NCBI GenBank assembly: GCA_951406725.2
Contig: OX597820.1
Location: forward strand, 93,248,001-93,312,000
Source: Octopus vulgaris
Lineage: Eukaryota
Direction of reading: 5' to 3'
DNA: 64,000 bases
Each line of letters starts with the position of its first letter. Position 1 is the first letter of the stretch. This document shows, piece by piece, positions 13,650 to 26,612 of the stretch. A program made the translations under genes and the position numbers. The notes under the pieces are model-generated. The model worked only from the letters and a program-made list of their open reading frames with translations, had not been told where the DNA came from and did not search any database.

Positions 13650-14920
13650 ATTATCGTTTAATGTCCGGTTTCCATGCTGGCATTGGTTGGACAGTTTGAC
13701 TGAGGTCTGGAAAGCCAGCGGCTGCACCAGGCTCCAATCTGATCTGGCAATGTTTCTACAGCTTGTTGCCCTTCCTAACGCTAACCACTCTAAGAGTGTA
13801 GTGGGTGCCTTTTACATGCCACTTGCACAAGAGCCAGCCTGGCATTGAGCCAGTCAGGTGGGCACGAGCCACAACTACAATTTTGGTTTTACTTGACTCA
13901 ACAGGTCTTCTCTAGCATATCATATTGCCCGATGCATCAAGGGTACTTTTAAATGGGCCAAACATGGTTGCAATCTCACTTTAGTTGCCAGGTCTTCTCA
14001 ATCACAGCATATCTTCAAAGGTCTCAGTCTCCTGTCACTGCCTCTGTGAGGCCCCCAACACTCAAAACATCATCCTTCACCACCTCATCCCATGTCTTCC
14101 TGGGTCTACCCCTTCCATTGGTTCCTTCCACAGTTAGGGTGTGGCACTTCCTCACACAGCTGTCCTCATCAATACATAACACATAACAATACCAGTAGTC
14201 ATCTCTCTTGCACACCACATTTGATGCTTCTTATGTCAGCTTTTCTCTCGGGGTACTCACACTCTGTCATGTATACACACTGACATAACACATCCAGTGG
14301 ATCATACTAGCTTCGTTTCTTTCAAGCCTATGCATGTCCTCAGCAGTCATGAATCCTGTTTCACTGCTGTGTAGCATGACAGTTCGCACACATGCATCAT
14401 ACAGTTTACCTTTCATCTTGAGCAAGAGGCCCTTAGTTACCAGCAGAGGTAGGAGCCCCCTGAACTTTGCCCGGGCAATTCTTATTCTAGCCACTACACT
14501 CTCAGAGCAATCACCCCCACTACAGACTCGGTCACCTAGATAGCGGAATCTGTTTTCTGTACATCTTCAGTGTTTATTGCCCCTCTGCATCTGCCACACA
14601 CAAAAACTATCTTCCCAGTTAACCTTCCTTTGATATTGCTGCACCTTTTATCTGCCCATAGCTTACACCAGGTACATCATATGGAGTTTCTGCCCATGTC
14701 TTTTCTACAGATCAAGCAGGGCCATCTACCCTAAGAAGTTTGCGATTTGTCAGCCTTCCTACTTACTAAGACTTTAGTTTTTGCTAGGTTAACCCTAAGG
14801 CCCTTCGATTCTAGACCTTGCTTCCACACCCTAAACTTTGTCTCTAGTTCTGGCAGTGACTTAACTATTAGAACAAGGTCATCAGCATCGAGGAGCTCAC
14901 AGGGGCAGCCTGTCTTGAAT
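13650..14920 (-). mobile_element. RTE LINE, 5'-truncated and degenerate
   Basis: RIARAKFRGLLPLLVTKG...KGKLYDACVRTVMLHSSET and GRGRPRKTWDEVVK; homologous to 21848-22744. Confidence 0.9.
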
Positions 14921-15229
14921 TATATACTATAAAAGTGCCCAAAGTTTTCATTGCAGATGTATAACCTGATTACTGACATGATTATTCTGATTGAGTGTGT
15001 ATATAATATTTACAAATATTTATGCTCTAGATTTAAAATGAGATAATTAAATCAGTCTACATATTAAAGTACAAGCCTAGTCTTAACTGTCAATGCGAAA
15101 ACATCAGTGTCTGTAACAATAAAATCCTATTATAGCTAGAAATACAGATTGAATACTAATTCAATATTCTAATTTTGCTCAAGGAGAGGTGATTTATACA
15201 AAACCCACATTGTTTTTGTTACTACATAA

Positions 15230-15800
15230 CTCTCTCCCTCTCTCTGGCCAGGTAACCATGTATCTCCTCTATAGCAAGACACCCGTTTCTGCCTCTCTGT
15301 TTCTGTCACATTCTAACCTTTCATCACCTGACACAAGATCTCCTCCTCCTATTTCCCGTCCTCTATAGAAAGATACCTGTCTCTACCTCTCTCTCACACT
15401 CTAACCTTTCATTATCTGACACAAGATCTCCTCCAATGTCACCTCTCCTCTCAAAATTCCTTATCTTGTTAATTACTTGGTGACTCTGCTGGTGCTGGTG
15501 CCACATGGAAAGCATCCGGTCCACACTGTAAAGTGGTTGGCATTTGGAAGGGCATCCAGCTGTAAAAACCATGCTAAAACTGACCTTGCTCGTGCTGGTG
15601 CCATGCAAAAGCCACTCAGTCCACTCTGCAGAGTGGTTGGTATTAGAAAGGGCATCCAGTTGTAAAAACTCTGCCAAAACACACAGTTGCCTGGGGTAGT
15701 CTTCTACCTGACTGGCCACTATTAAACCATCCAACCCATGCTTGCATGGCAGGCAGGCGTTAAATGATAGTGATGATGATGATGACAATGACAGTGATAA
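15230..15800 (+). mobile_element. RTE-3'-end-bearing repeat (SINE-like)
   Basis: Two tandem ggttggcatttggaagggcatccagctgtaaaa modules and a ccaacccatgcttgcatgg...gatgatgat tail. Confidence 0.7.
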
Positions 15801-17338
15801 CGATGACTACAGTAAAGGTCCAGGGGCCTATTGGTAAGGGTATTGTTCTCACGATCACAAACTAAATCCCTAGACTGAGTAACATATCTTAAATAAGGCA
15901 CATAATTCTCTGTTGTTCAAATCCACTCTGCTGAAAATGATTATTAATGCATTCCTCTCCCCTTCTAGCTATAAAAGTACTCAATGCTCTATTTAACCAA
16001 GGGCAGGACAGCCCATGAAAGTGTCAAAGAAATCAGTGAAAGCATCGTACAAGCTATTGGCTCATAGTCATCTGTACATGACACCTGAGCTATAAGCTTT
16101 TCCACGTCATTACACAATTATAAATCCAGAACCACAAAAGTTTTGTTATTTGTTGTCTCTACTAAACAATACCAACAAAAAGTACTTTTATTCTATCTTC
16201 CACAATCTTTTCAATTCTTTCATTGTGTGTGATCTTAATCCCTAAACACTGCAAACTAGCAAGGGATACGATACAATAAAACTAGATTTCTAAATGTAGA
16301 TCAAATATTTGAGAAGCATTTACCTATTTGGAATTTTGCTTACCTAACTTTGAAAAGCAAAATTTCAGTGTAACAAAGCAACATTCAACTGACAAATTCA
16401 GGCAATTTTTACAGTATTCAAATAGACATCATAAAAATGTGAGCATAATGGTTTCGGTTTCATTTCAGTTATGATCAGATGGCAAGGAGGAGGTTTTGGT
16501 GGTGGTGGTGGTGGAGGAGGAGGAGGAGGCCATTTAGTCCTGCATCAGTCCCAGTCAAGCGACATGATTCTGAATATAACAAACTGAGGCAGGAAGAACA
16601 GAGCCATTAAAGCATGAAATGAAATGAAATGCATCACAGCATTTATTCTGGCATCTTTTGCTCTGAATTCTAATCCCAACAAGGTCAACTTTGCTTCCTG
16701 CAATTTGTTTCACCTTTTTACAATCTGAGCTCAAATCCTACTATGGCCTCCTCAAGTGATAGTCTTAATCCATTACCCAATTTAACGCAACCACCTAGCA
16801 CCTCGGGCACCCTTTAGCAGAGTCCACTCTGTTGCAAGCATTCAGGCCAGCTCTCTCTCCCGTTTATCCTTTCTCCTGCCAGTCTTGGAGGTCATGTAAA
16901 GGATCACAGGTACTGGTCTTCCTTCCTAACTAAAAGATGAATAGAAAAAGAAACTGACTACATGCAGCTACCACAAACATCCAATACAGAGATTCTAAAT
17001 CGCAATTTCAACAACGACACATTATATGTGAGAAGCAGAAAACTGATCCGAAATCTGTCCACCTCGATGTTTATGTCATCTGGGGAAGGGCTCTGGTATG
17101 ACTGCATTGTGAATAAGTTTTCCCTGTGGTTCAATAATGTGCATGACCAAACTAACAAAGATACCTTTTTGAGCAAAAAGCTGTCGAAAGGAATTAATTT
17201 TTATTTTACCAACTGATCAAAACAATTAAAACTCCACTATGACTGATTGTGTGATGACATTAGTTGGTCAACTAAGGTTTCGTTTTGATCTGTTTTTTTT
17301 TTTCTCAGTTGAATATTTGTAAAAGAAGTAATACTTAC

Positions 17339-17375
17339 AAAGAATTGGAAGCTTTTGAGAGAGTTCCATAAGAAA
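17339..17375 (-). CDS. UXS1: Internal 37-nt exon, phase 1 to 2: (V)SYGTLSKASNS(L)
   Basis: Strong acceptor tttatgtttctttttaatattgcag and donor GTAAGT. Phases join both first exons to exon 8051-7977 without a stop. Confidence 0.75.
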
Positions 17376-17529
17376 CTGCAATATTAAAAAGAAACATAAA
17401 TGAATTTATTAAATTACTACATGGGAACATAAATACAATTTTATACATGTTAGAATTCTGATTTAAAAATGAACCTGTATATGTCGGACTAAATAGAATA
17501 TTTTTCCAGGTGACTGAATATCACTTTCA

Positions 17530-18060
17530 AATACACTGTGTGATAGGAATTTTGTCCTTGGGTAGAAACTGTTATTTCTTATTTGCTTACCCCTAGAAAA
17601 TATGAAAAATGGGTAATATTTCCTTTAAACATTGCTTTTGTTACATTTATTCAAACCCCAAAAATCCCTCTCAACACATGACTGATGCTCCCCCACTATT
17701 CCTGCTCACCATCAGAGATGCACATATTGTTAGTTACTAAGGGACATGCTCAAGTGGTTAAAGTCAAGCAACTTACAAGCAAATTTGTGGCACTTTGTGG
17801 TCTTTTATTTGTTTCAATTATTTGACTGCGGCCATGCTGGAGCAGAATAAACAGTATATAAACTGGCAGGAGGCAACAGGAAACCACCATTCTATCTTAC
17901 CCAAGAAATATTTGCTATTAGCAACTCAGCCTTGAATCTGACTTAAATGTAATGGAAAATAGGTCAGTTTCAAAGTATTGATATCCAGGTCACAAAAGCA
18001 ATATTTCCTTTGCCTTCTAGAGAGATGCAATGAGAAAATAGCACTTACTGACCAAAGACA
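17530..18060. repeat. Dispersed repeat, second copy at 40620-41055
   Basis: Shared blocks, e.g. caacacatg..tgatgctcccc..atcagagatgcacata..caagcaaatttgtgg..aaatgtaatggaaaatagg..cacttactgaccaaagaca. Confidence 0.7.
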
Positions 18061-19443
18061 AGAAAAAGTAAAAAAATTTTTACAGTATTATAGAAAGATT
18101 TGCTACATCATTGAATGAAACAGCACCATTTCAATTGATTCAATGACCCTACATGAGATCTCATTCCTCATTTGCTACCCACAACTCTATAACACTGTCA
18201 CTATCACCACTCAGTCAAATGACAATGAAAGAAATTAAATTACCCACACATGACATAGCCAAACCTTTCAGACATAGGTTTATATGTCATTCAAGCAAAG
18301 ATATTTTACTATTCATAACCAATTTCATGGTTCAAGTAGGATTTTTTTTTACCAGTACAAGCTTAACCTGGAAAATATATACATTTCTAGCAAGTAACAC
18401 AAACTGCAAGAAATAGCAGCCAAATTTCTGCCAAATCACACTTTATCATCTAGAAAAAGGAAGGATGGAAAATGTTGGATAAAATGTTAGATAGGATATA
18501 TCAAAAAAGAAATAAAAAAAGAAAAGACAAGATATTCATGTCTAGAAAATTTGATCTTAGACTAGCTCTATCAGGGTTGACCTGGGGCTGAATAACAACA
18601 ACATCTCTTCAGAAGAAGTTGACCAAAATATGGTCAGGTTTACAGTACAAAAACTAAATAAGGTAGCATTAGAGCAGATATTTACTACTAAACTGCTTCC
18701 CCTTTTCAAAACATTTAAACTACATTGAATTGTGAAACTCCAGTTCAAAAGTTCAGGAATTTAGGGGAATATGAAGTTACCCCTTGGTCACGACTACTCC
18801 TAAGATCTGCTATAGTCTGGAGTGGTAGTAGCTGTCAGGGGCTCAGTTATGGGTCACATAGCAGAAGATGGTCCTGTGGCTAAGGCATACAAGATTCAGA
18901 GGGATGGCCCCTAACTAAGTGTCACATGGGCTCACCAGTGTGTGGACATATCCTAATGTCACGTGAACTAGTCCCTCCATAAAAGGGCTAAATAGGCCTG
19001 GTACTTCAAGAGTAAGTTCAGGTAAATTGAAGATTAGCAGAATAAACAGTATATAAACTGGCAGAAGGCAACAGAAAACCACTTCTCTATTTTACCCAAG
19101 AAAATTGACAAATCTCCAGGTTTTACATCAAGGTCCAGGATTATTGACACCTGTGGGCATGGCTCATAAACAGAGAAGAATGAACTAAACTGTTCATTTC
19201 ACAGGTAAATATATTAACCATAGACACCAAGCAATGTTACAGAGAGCTAATCTTATTTCTATATTGCAGTCATCTAAATTATAGGATTTCTAATGACACA
19301 CACACACACACACATAAATACTTATTTTCTTTTTAAGCCTTATACTTATTCTAACACTCTTTTTGGCAAACCGCTATGGTACTGGGACATAAACACACCA
19401 ACACCAGTTGTCAAGCAGTAGTGGGTGACAAACAGACACAAAG

Positions 19444-19475
<32 letters not shown>

Positions 19476-19777
19476 ATACTAATATAAAGAATATTTTCAA
19501 GATAAAAAGACTTTATATAAATTGCAGAAGAAATCGTACTATGACCTATATAGTAACAAACCAAGTAAGAAGAGAGACAAATAAGAACTAAAAAAATAGA
19601 GCAATTAACAAGCAACTGATTAAAATACTTAAGTAGATTAATTGTCCATGAAATTATGAATGTGAAAGATTTATAAGAGTGTAAATTTTATCTTTTGATG
19701 TACAAAAACAGTAAAAAGGTATTTAATTTAATTGGACCAAAACTATGAAATTCCACACGGTATCATTGATAATATTT

Positions 19778-20105
19778 TCCTTACCTCAATGATGCCAGTG
19801 ACATATATTGAAAGTCCCCTTCTAGAACTATATTCATAAAAAAGTATAGAACTATATTATCACCCTCAAATTTGAGAAACAAACACTCATAACTCGTTTC
19901 TTTTAGAACTTCATTGTATGAGATTGTTAATTGATACACAAAAGCAATAAAAAAATATTTAGTGTCACTGATAATTTTTTTCCTAGCCTTAATGATGCTA
20001 GTGACAATTCATAAAAATGTATATAGAACTATATTATCACCTTCAAATTTAAGAAACAAACACTCATAACTTGTTTCTTTCAGAACTTCATTGCATGAGA
20101 TTGAT
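19778..20105. repeat. Diverged local tandem duplication (~180-200 bp unit)
   Basis: aatgatgc(c/t)agtgaca...tagaactatattatcacc(c/t)tcaaattt(g/a)agaaacaaacactcataact...agaacttcattg(t/c)atgagattg occurs twice. Confidence 0.8.
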
Positions 20106-20353
20106 ACCATGAAATTCTTCAAATTGAGCTCTATCATTTAAGTTTAATTAAAATATAGTTTGGTTTTAAAATAAAAAAGTTAAGTATACTTGAATCCAAT
20201 TTTTTACCTTATTTTTTCATAATATTTTACCTCAACTTTTTTTTTATACAAATTTTTGTTGCATGGGACTAAAACTATGAAATTCTTCATGCTTTCTTCT
20301 ATCATTGAAACTAAGATAGATATATTTTGCTTTTAAAATAAAAAAAGTTATTT

Positions 20354-20765
20354 AGGCGCAGGACTGGCTGTGTGGTAAGTAGCTTGCTAACCAACCACAT
20401 GGTTCCGGGTTCAGTCCCACTGCGTGGCATCTTGGGTAAGTGTCTTCTGCTATAGCCCCGGGCTGACCAATGCCTTGTGAGTGGATTTGGTAGACGGAAA
20501 CTGAAAGAAGCCTGTCGTATATATGTATATTTATGTATATGAGGGTATGTGTGTGTTTGTGTGTGTGTCCCCTAGCATTGCTTGACAACCGATGCTGGTG
20601 TGTTTACGTCCCCGTCACTTAGCGGTTCGGCAAAAGAGACCGATAGAATAAGTACTGGGCTTACAAAGTCAAAAGAGCTTGTCCCTGGGTCAATTTGCTC
20701 GACTAAAGGCGGTGCTCCAGCATGGCCGCAGTCAAATGACTGAAACAAGTAAAAGAGTAAAAGAG
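20354..20765 (+). mobile_element. SINE family A, full length
   Basis: Same head, body and tail as 12685-13085. Confidence 0.9.
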
Positions 20766-21237
20766 ATCTAAACTTGACTGGAGGCATTACTTACTCTCCT
20801 ATAATGTTGCTACAAATTTTGATGTAAACTTTTTTTCTTCTGGACCAAATCTCAATTTTTTTTTATGCCAAAGTCTAGCTAGGCACCAGTCCTCTTCAAA
20901 AATGTCAACAGTTTTCAATTTGGTCAAGGACTGAATTAGTGACAAGCGCTGAAAGATGCAGCATGTGAGTAAATTGTGGCCTACTAATGTAGTTGAATGA
21001 TAAAATTATTCTCCATAGAAACCAACCAGAGAGGAAAATGTGAACATTGTTCTTTTATAGGGCATTCAATTTATTAATACAGCTAATTCTTCTTTCTCAC
21101 AGTTCTTATATTCATGATATTTAGTAATGAATTCAACTGATTAACTCTTTCAGTACCATATTTCTAATGAAACAAACAGTTTGGCTTCAGTTAAGTTAAA
21201 AAATTATGAAAATTAGTAAAATAATCATGTCATTATT

Positions 21238-22748
21238 CATCATCATCATCATCATCATTTAGCGTCCGTTTTCCATGCTAGCATGGGTTGGACGGTTCTG
21301 CTGGGGTCTGTGAAGCCAGAAGGCTTCATCAGGCCCAGTCAAATCTGGCAGTGTTTCTACGGCTGGATGCCCTTCCTAACGCCAACCACTCCGTGAGTGT
21401 AGTGGGTGCTTTTTACGTGCCACCCGCACTGGTGCCAGACAGAGCTGGCAAACGGCCACGAACGGATGGTGCTTTTTATGTGCCACCGGCACGAGGGCCA
21501 GGCGAGGCTGGCAACGGACACGAAACGGGGCGGTGCTGGCAACGGTCGCGAAACGGAAAGTTCTCTTACATGCCACCGGCACTGGTAACACATCTGCAAT
21601 TTCCATTGATCGATTTCCATTGATCGATTTCGATTCTGATCCTCACTTGCCTCAATGGGTCTTCACAAGCAGAGTTTCGACATGCCACCGGCACTGGTAG
21701 CACATCCGCAATTTCCATTGATCGATTTCGATTCTGATCCTCACTTGCCTCAACACGTCTTCACAAGTAGAGTTTTGTGTCCCAAGAAGGGAAGGTATGC
21801 ATACGTAGGCTGGCTCCATCCCATGTAGAAGGCCACGGGTTGTGGACTCACTTGTCCTGCCGGGTCTTCTCGCGCACAGCACACTTCCAGAGGTCTCGGT
21901 CTCTAGTCATTTCCTCAGTGAGACCTAAAGTTCGAAGGTCGTGCTTCACCACCTCGTCCCAGGTTTTCCTGGGTCTGCCTCTTCCACAGGTTCCCTCAAC
22001 CGCTAGGGCGTGGCACTTTTTCACACAACTATCTTCATCCATTCTCGCCACATGACCATACCAGCGCAAACGTCTCTCTTGCACACCACAACTGATGCTT
22101 CTTAGGTCCAGCTTTTCTCTCAAGGTACTTACACTCTGCCGAGTGTGAGTACTGACATTACACATCCATCGGAGCATACTGGCTTCATTTCTAGCGAGCT
22201 TACGCATATCCTCAGCAGTCACGGCCCATGTTTCACTGCCATGTAGCATGGCTGTTCGTACACACGCATCATACAGTCTGCCTTTCACTCTGTGCGAGAG
22301 GCCTTTTGTCACCAGCAGAGGTAAGAGCTCTCTGAACTTTGCCCAAGCTATTCTTACTCTAGCAGTTACACTTTCAGCACACCCGCCCCCGCTGCTGACT
22401 TGGTCACCTAGGTAACGGAAACTATCAACTATTTCTAGTTTTTCTCCCTGGAAAGTGACAGAAGTTGGTCTCAGAGCATTTTCAGTGTTTATTGTTCCTG
22501 AGCATCTGCCACATACAAAAACCATCTTCCTAGTTAGCCTTCCTTTGACATTGCTGCATCTCTTATGTGTCCATAGCTTACACTTGGTGCATCTTATAGA
22601 GTTTCTACCTACACCTTTTCTACAGATCGAGCAGGGCCATCTACCTGAAGGTGTTTGTGATTTGTCAACCTTCCTACTGATTACGACTTTGGTTTTAGCT
22701 AGATTGACTCTAAGGCCCTTCGATTCTAATCCTTGTTTCCACACCTGA
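21238..22748 (-). mobile_element. Young 5'-truncated RTE LINE: 298-aa open RT C-terminal ORF plus 3' UTR and (ATG)n tail
   Basis: ORF 22744-21848: GLRVNLAKTKV, Cys-rich PHD-like insert (CSICRK..CTKCKLWTHKRC..CGRC), FRYLG, LHGSETW, RRLRWYGHV, GRGRPRKTW. Internal duplication in the 3' UTR (~21569-21770). Confidence 0.95.
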
Positions 22749-22773
22749 AGCTTATTTATATATATATACTTAT

Positions 22774-22816
<43 letters not shown>

Positions 22817-22819
22817 TGA

Positions 22820-23090
22820 CAACAAAAGAATGAATGAGACCTCGATATTATGTAAATAGAGGAACTTATCTATAAATATAATATAGGACAATCAGTTAGT
22901 CATCGTAATAAAACTCAGAGTTTCAGATGTCAGGACTGAAGTCTGCTCTGGCATTATATCAGCTATTAAGACAAAAACGCTATGAAAAAAACCGTTCCCC
23001 CCCCCCCCCCAACACAGATAGAACCTGCGATTAAAAGATCCCCGACATCCAAAACTCTGAGTTTTATTATGACAACTAACTGATTGTCCT
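22820..23090. mobile_element. Penelope-like element end with ~47-bp inverted repeat
   Basis: 22885-22931 and 23044-23090 are reverse complements with few mismatches; GAAACTCTGAGT hammerhead-like stem III on the minus strand. Confidence 0.5.
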
Positions 23091-23111
23091 GTATTACGTA
23101 TATATATATAG

Positions 23112-23144
<33 letters not shown>

Positions 23145-23159
23145 TACACACATATATAT

Positions 23160-23502
23160 TATTCTTTTACTTGTCTCAGTCATTTGACTGTGGCGAGGCT
23201 GGAGCACTGCCTTTAGTTCAACAAATCAACCCAAGGACTTATTCTTTGTAAGCCTAGTATTTATACTATCGGTCTGTTTTGCCAAGCCGCTAAGTTATGA
23301 GGACATAAACACACCAACATTGGTTGTCAAGCAATGGGGGGAGGGGGGACAGACACACAAATATATGCATATATATATATATGACAGGCTTCTTTTAGTT
23401 TCCATCTACCAAATCCACTCACAAGGTGCCACACAGTGGAATTGAACCCGGAAGCATGAAGTCAGGAAGCAAGTTTCTTACCATACAGCTATGCCAGTGC
23501 CT
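23160..23502 (-). mobile_element. SINE family A with internal deletion
   Basis: ttttacttgtctcagtcatttgactg...ccaaatccactcacaaggtgccacacagtgg. Confidence 0.8.
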
Positions 23503-23503
23503 A

Positions 23504-23541
<38 letters not shown>

Positions 23542-23829
23542 CAACAATAATTATCAGTGTTATAAAATTTCTTTCAGGTACTGTTCTTTTCGATCAAGAT
23601 TTAAGTTCAAGATCAGTAATTTTAATGGGGATAAGGTTGTCAATTACAGTGATATAATAATCAATTGGTATTTTATTGAATCTGAAAGCAGGAAAGATCC
23701 AACTGACTTCAGCTGGATTTGAACTCCTAAATTAAAGAGGTTCTTCTAATCAAGAGATCTAGCTCCTGCTTGTCCAGTTTATGGATGTCTCACAAAGCTG
23801 CAGCTGACGATGCTTGTGTATTATCTTAA

Positions 23830-24046
23830 CCCTTTAGCGTTCAGATTATTCTATCAAACAATGCTTATTGATTCCCATTGATTTGAATTAATCATGCATT
23901 ATCTCATATCTTCAAGATCTTGATGGTGTAATTACTTAACGTAGAATAACATTGTAGGGTAGGTGTGAGAGCCTGGATCTGGTCAGTTTGAACATAAAAC
24001 AGATTAATTATTTTGGCCGGATATGGCCGGTTTAAATACTAAAGGG
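23830..24046. mobile_element. TTAA-type (piggyBac-like) MITE
   Basis: TTAA|CCCTTTAG...CTAAAGGG|TTAA; reverse complement of 4646-4864. Confidence 0.85.
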
Positions 24047-25447
24047 TTAAAGCCACAATCTATACAAACCAAATTAGAATATATATTAGCTGGTCTGTAG
24101 TGAAACCCCTGTGACCACATCTCAGTCAGTTCAAACTGGACTTAGTGTTCAGCTGTTTCTCGGTAAAGTGCAAGCTCTTTTGACCTTAATTTAGTCAACA
24201 CTAAATCAGGTTTCATCAATCTTCTGCTCTAGTTTCTGAATTTTAAGTCACTGAAAGGCCATTTATTTATACACAAAACCTTATGCTTTGGTTTAATTTC
24301 TCAAAATGATTTTCCTTGCTGTTACTGAAGGTAGTTTTATATTGTTTGTGACATATTCCTCGCATTAATTTTCTGTTAATGTCCTTTAGGCATTCATTTA
24401 CGTGTAGTTATGTCTCACTCATAGTAAAATCATGAATATAAAAACTCTGAGGAAGAAGAGTTAACAGTCTTAATCAACTGAATGCCTTAGTAAAAATTAC
24501 AAAGAAAAGTTAACTATCTTTTACTAGTTTTAGTCAATGGACTGAGGCCATGCTGGGGCACTGTCATGAAGTGGTTAATCAAACAAAGTGGCCCCACTAC
24601 ACATGTTTTTTTTTCCCCAAAGTTTGTCACCTGTTCTACTGATCTCAAAATTACTGACCATAAACTTAAATCTCGGTTAAAAGGACAGTATGTGAAAAAC
24701 ATTTTATCACAATGATAGTTATTATTTTGATATCTATTTTCCCAACTTCAAAAATGTATGAACAAATCATTCATTGTCTGCTTACAGAATATTATGGCAG
24801 TTGTTAGACTGGTTTGTAATCACAATCAAAAGAAATTTTGAAAAAAGAAAGTTCTAAAATTACTTTTAAAAGCAATGAAAGTGAAATACAACCATCAATA
24901 AAGAGAAGTTATTATGCATCAGCAGAGATAAAAATCGGCAAAAATGAAATAATAATCTTTTCTACCGTGGGCACAAAGCTTGAAATTTTGGAGAAATAGG
25001 CTAATTGATAACACTGATCCCAATACTCAACAGGTAAATCGGCCTAGAAAAGTTGAAAGTCAAAGTTGACTTCATTGGAAATTGAACTCAGAATGTAAAG
25101 ACAGATGAAAGGCTGCTAAGCATTTTGTCCAGCCTGTTAACAATTCTGCCAGTTCACCACCTACATAGTAATAAAAATAATAATAATCCTTTCTAATATA
25201 GGCACAAGACCTGACATTTTGAGGGAGGGGACTAGTTGATTACATCAACCCCAGTGGTTCACTGGTACTTAATTTATCGATCCTGAAATGATGAAAGGCG
25301 AAGTCAATCTTGTATGTGTATATACATACATATACACATACACACACACACACATATATATATATATTTATACATACATATACATACATAAACACATACA
25401 TAAATAAAACACATACATACATATATATATACATACACATATGTATG

Positions 25448-25497
<50 letters not shown>

Positions 25498-25555
25498 TGC
25501 ATATACATATGCATATATATACACATATACATATGTATATACATATAAAAAAATG

Positions 25556-25800
25556 TTCCTTCTCAAGCCATGCCAGGCTCATAAGGGCCGGCTTCCCAGT
25601 TTCAGTGACGTAGAAATTTCCCACCTAGATGGGATGCCGGCACGTCGCAGGATTACTCATTCTTGCCAGCTGAGTGGACTGGAGCAACATGAAATGAAGT
25701 GTTTTGCTCAAGAACACAACACATCACCCAGTCCAGGAATCGAAACCACAACCTTACGATCATGAGTTCAACACCCTAACCACTAAGCCATGCGCCTCCA
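25556..25800 (-). mobile_element. tRNA-derived SINE, V-SINE-like
   Basis: Minus strand: tggcttagtggttagggtg..ggtttcgattcc..gtgttcttgagcaaaacacttcatttc..gaaactgggaagccggcc; related copy at 60648-60900. Confidence 0.7.
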
Positions 25801-25803
25801 CAT

Positions 25804-25837
<34 letters not shown>

Positions 25838-26001
25838 GTATTTATATATATATATATGTTCCTGCGCCTCCACATATATATATATGTATATATAAAAATT
25901 CAGGGTGAATACTTGATAATTGCAAGCACCTGTATATACCATTTGGTGGTGTAAGTGGTAGAGTATATTAATCAAAATGAAAACATGATGCCAAGGATTC
26001 A

Positions 26002-26079
26002 GCGGTACATATGTTTCGGGCCTTTATTAGACGGATTTATAACAATGCATAATGTGTGTCTATGGCCTTCTTCAGCCGC
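26002..26079 (-). ncRNA. Minimal type I hammerhead ribozyme motif of Penelope-like element type
   Basis: Minus: GCGG CUGAAGA aGGCC(...)GGCCc GAAA CAUAUG UA CCGC. Intact core, 4-bp stem I (GCGG/CCGC), 4-bp stem II, palindromic ACAUAUGU stem III, GUA cleavage triplet. Confidence 0.7.
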
Positions 26080-26581
26080 GCACAATTACTACTTCAAGGA
26101 CATGTATTACATCATAAATTCTACGTTGGGGATGCAAATCCTCACAGTTGCGTACGACAGAGTGGGGCACCAGCACAAAAACGAAACGTCCATCCCGTCT
26201 TTCACTCAATGTAGAATGAGGAAGTTTGGATGTTGAGGTAATATAAATAAATAAATAAATATATAAATACACATAGACATGGAGAAACCCCGGTAATATA
26301 AATAAATAGAGATAAAGATAAAGGAGCGAGAATTAAGGACCAAAGATAAAAAAATATAAAACTCGGTTAATCTTTACTCGATTACCTTTATGTTTTATTT
26401 TATTTTTTATTTCTAATTTTTAACTTTAACCTTATTTTTATTTCTATTTTTACCTCTATTTTATCATTTTTTTATCTCTATGTATGTCTATTTTTAGTTC
26501 TATTTCCTTATATGTTTATTTATGTATCTGTATGTATATGTGTACGTGTGTATGAATATGTATGTGTGTGTGTATATGCCT

Positions 26582-26612
<31 letters not shown>

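Noticed and set aside
20795-20809. Possible 15-nt micro-exon (ttgtag CAACATTATAGGAGA gtaagt) on the minus strand
   Set aside because: Reads A-T-L-stop in the required phase 1, and the polypyrimidine tract is weak.
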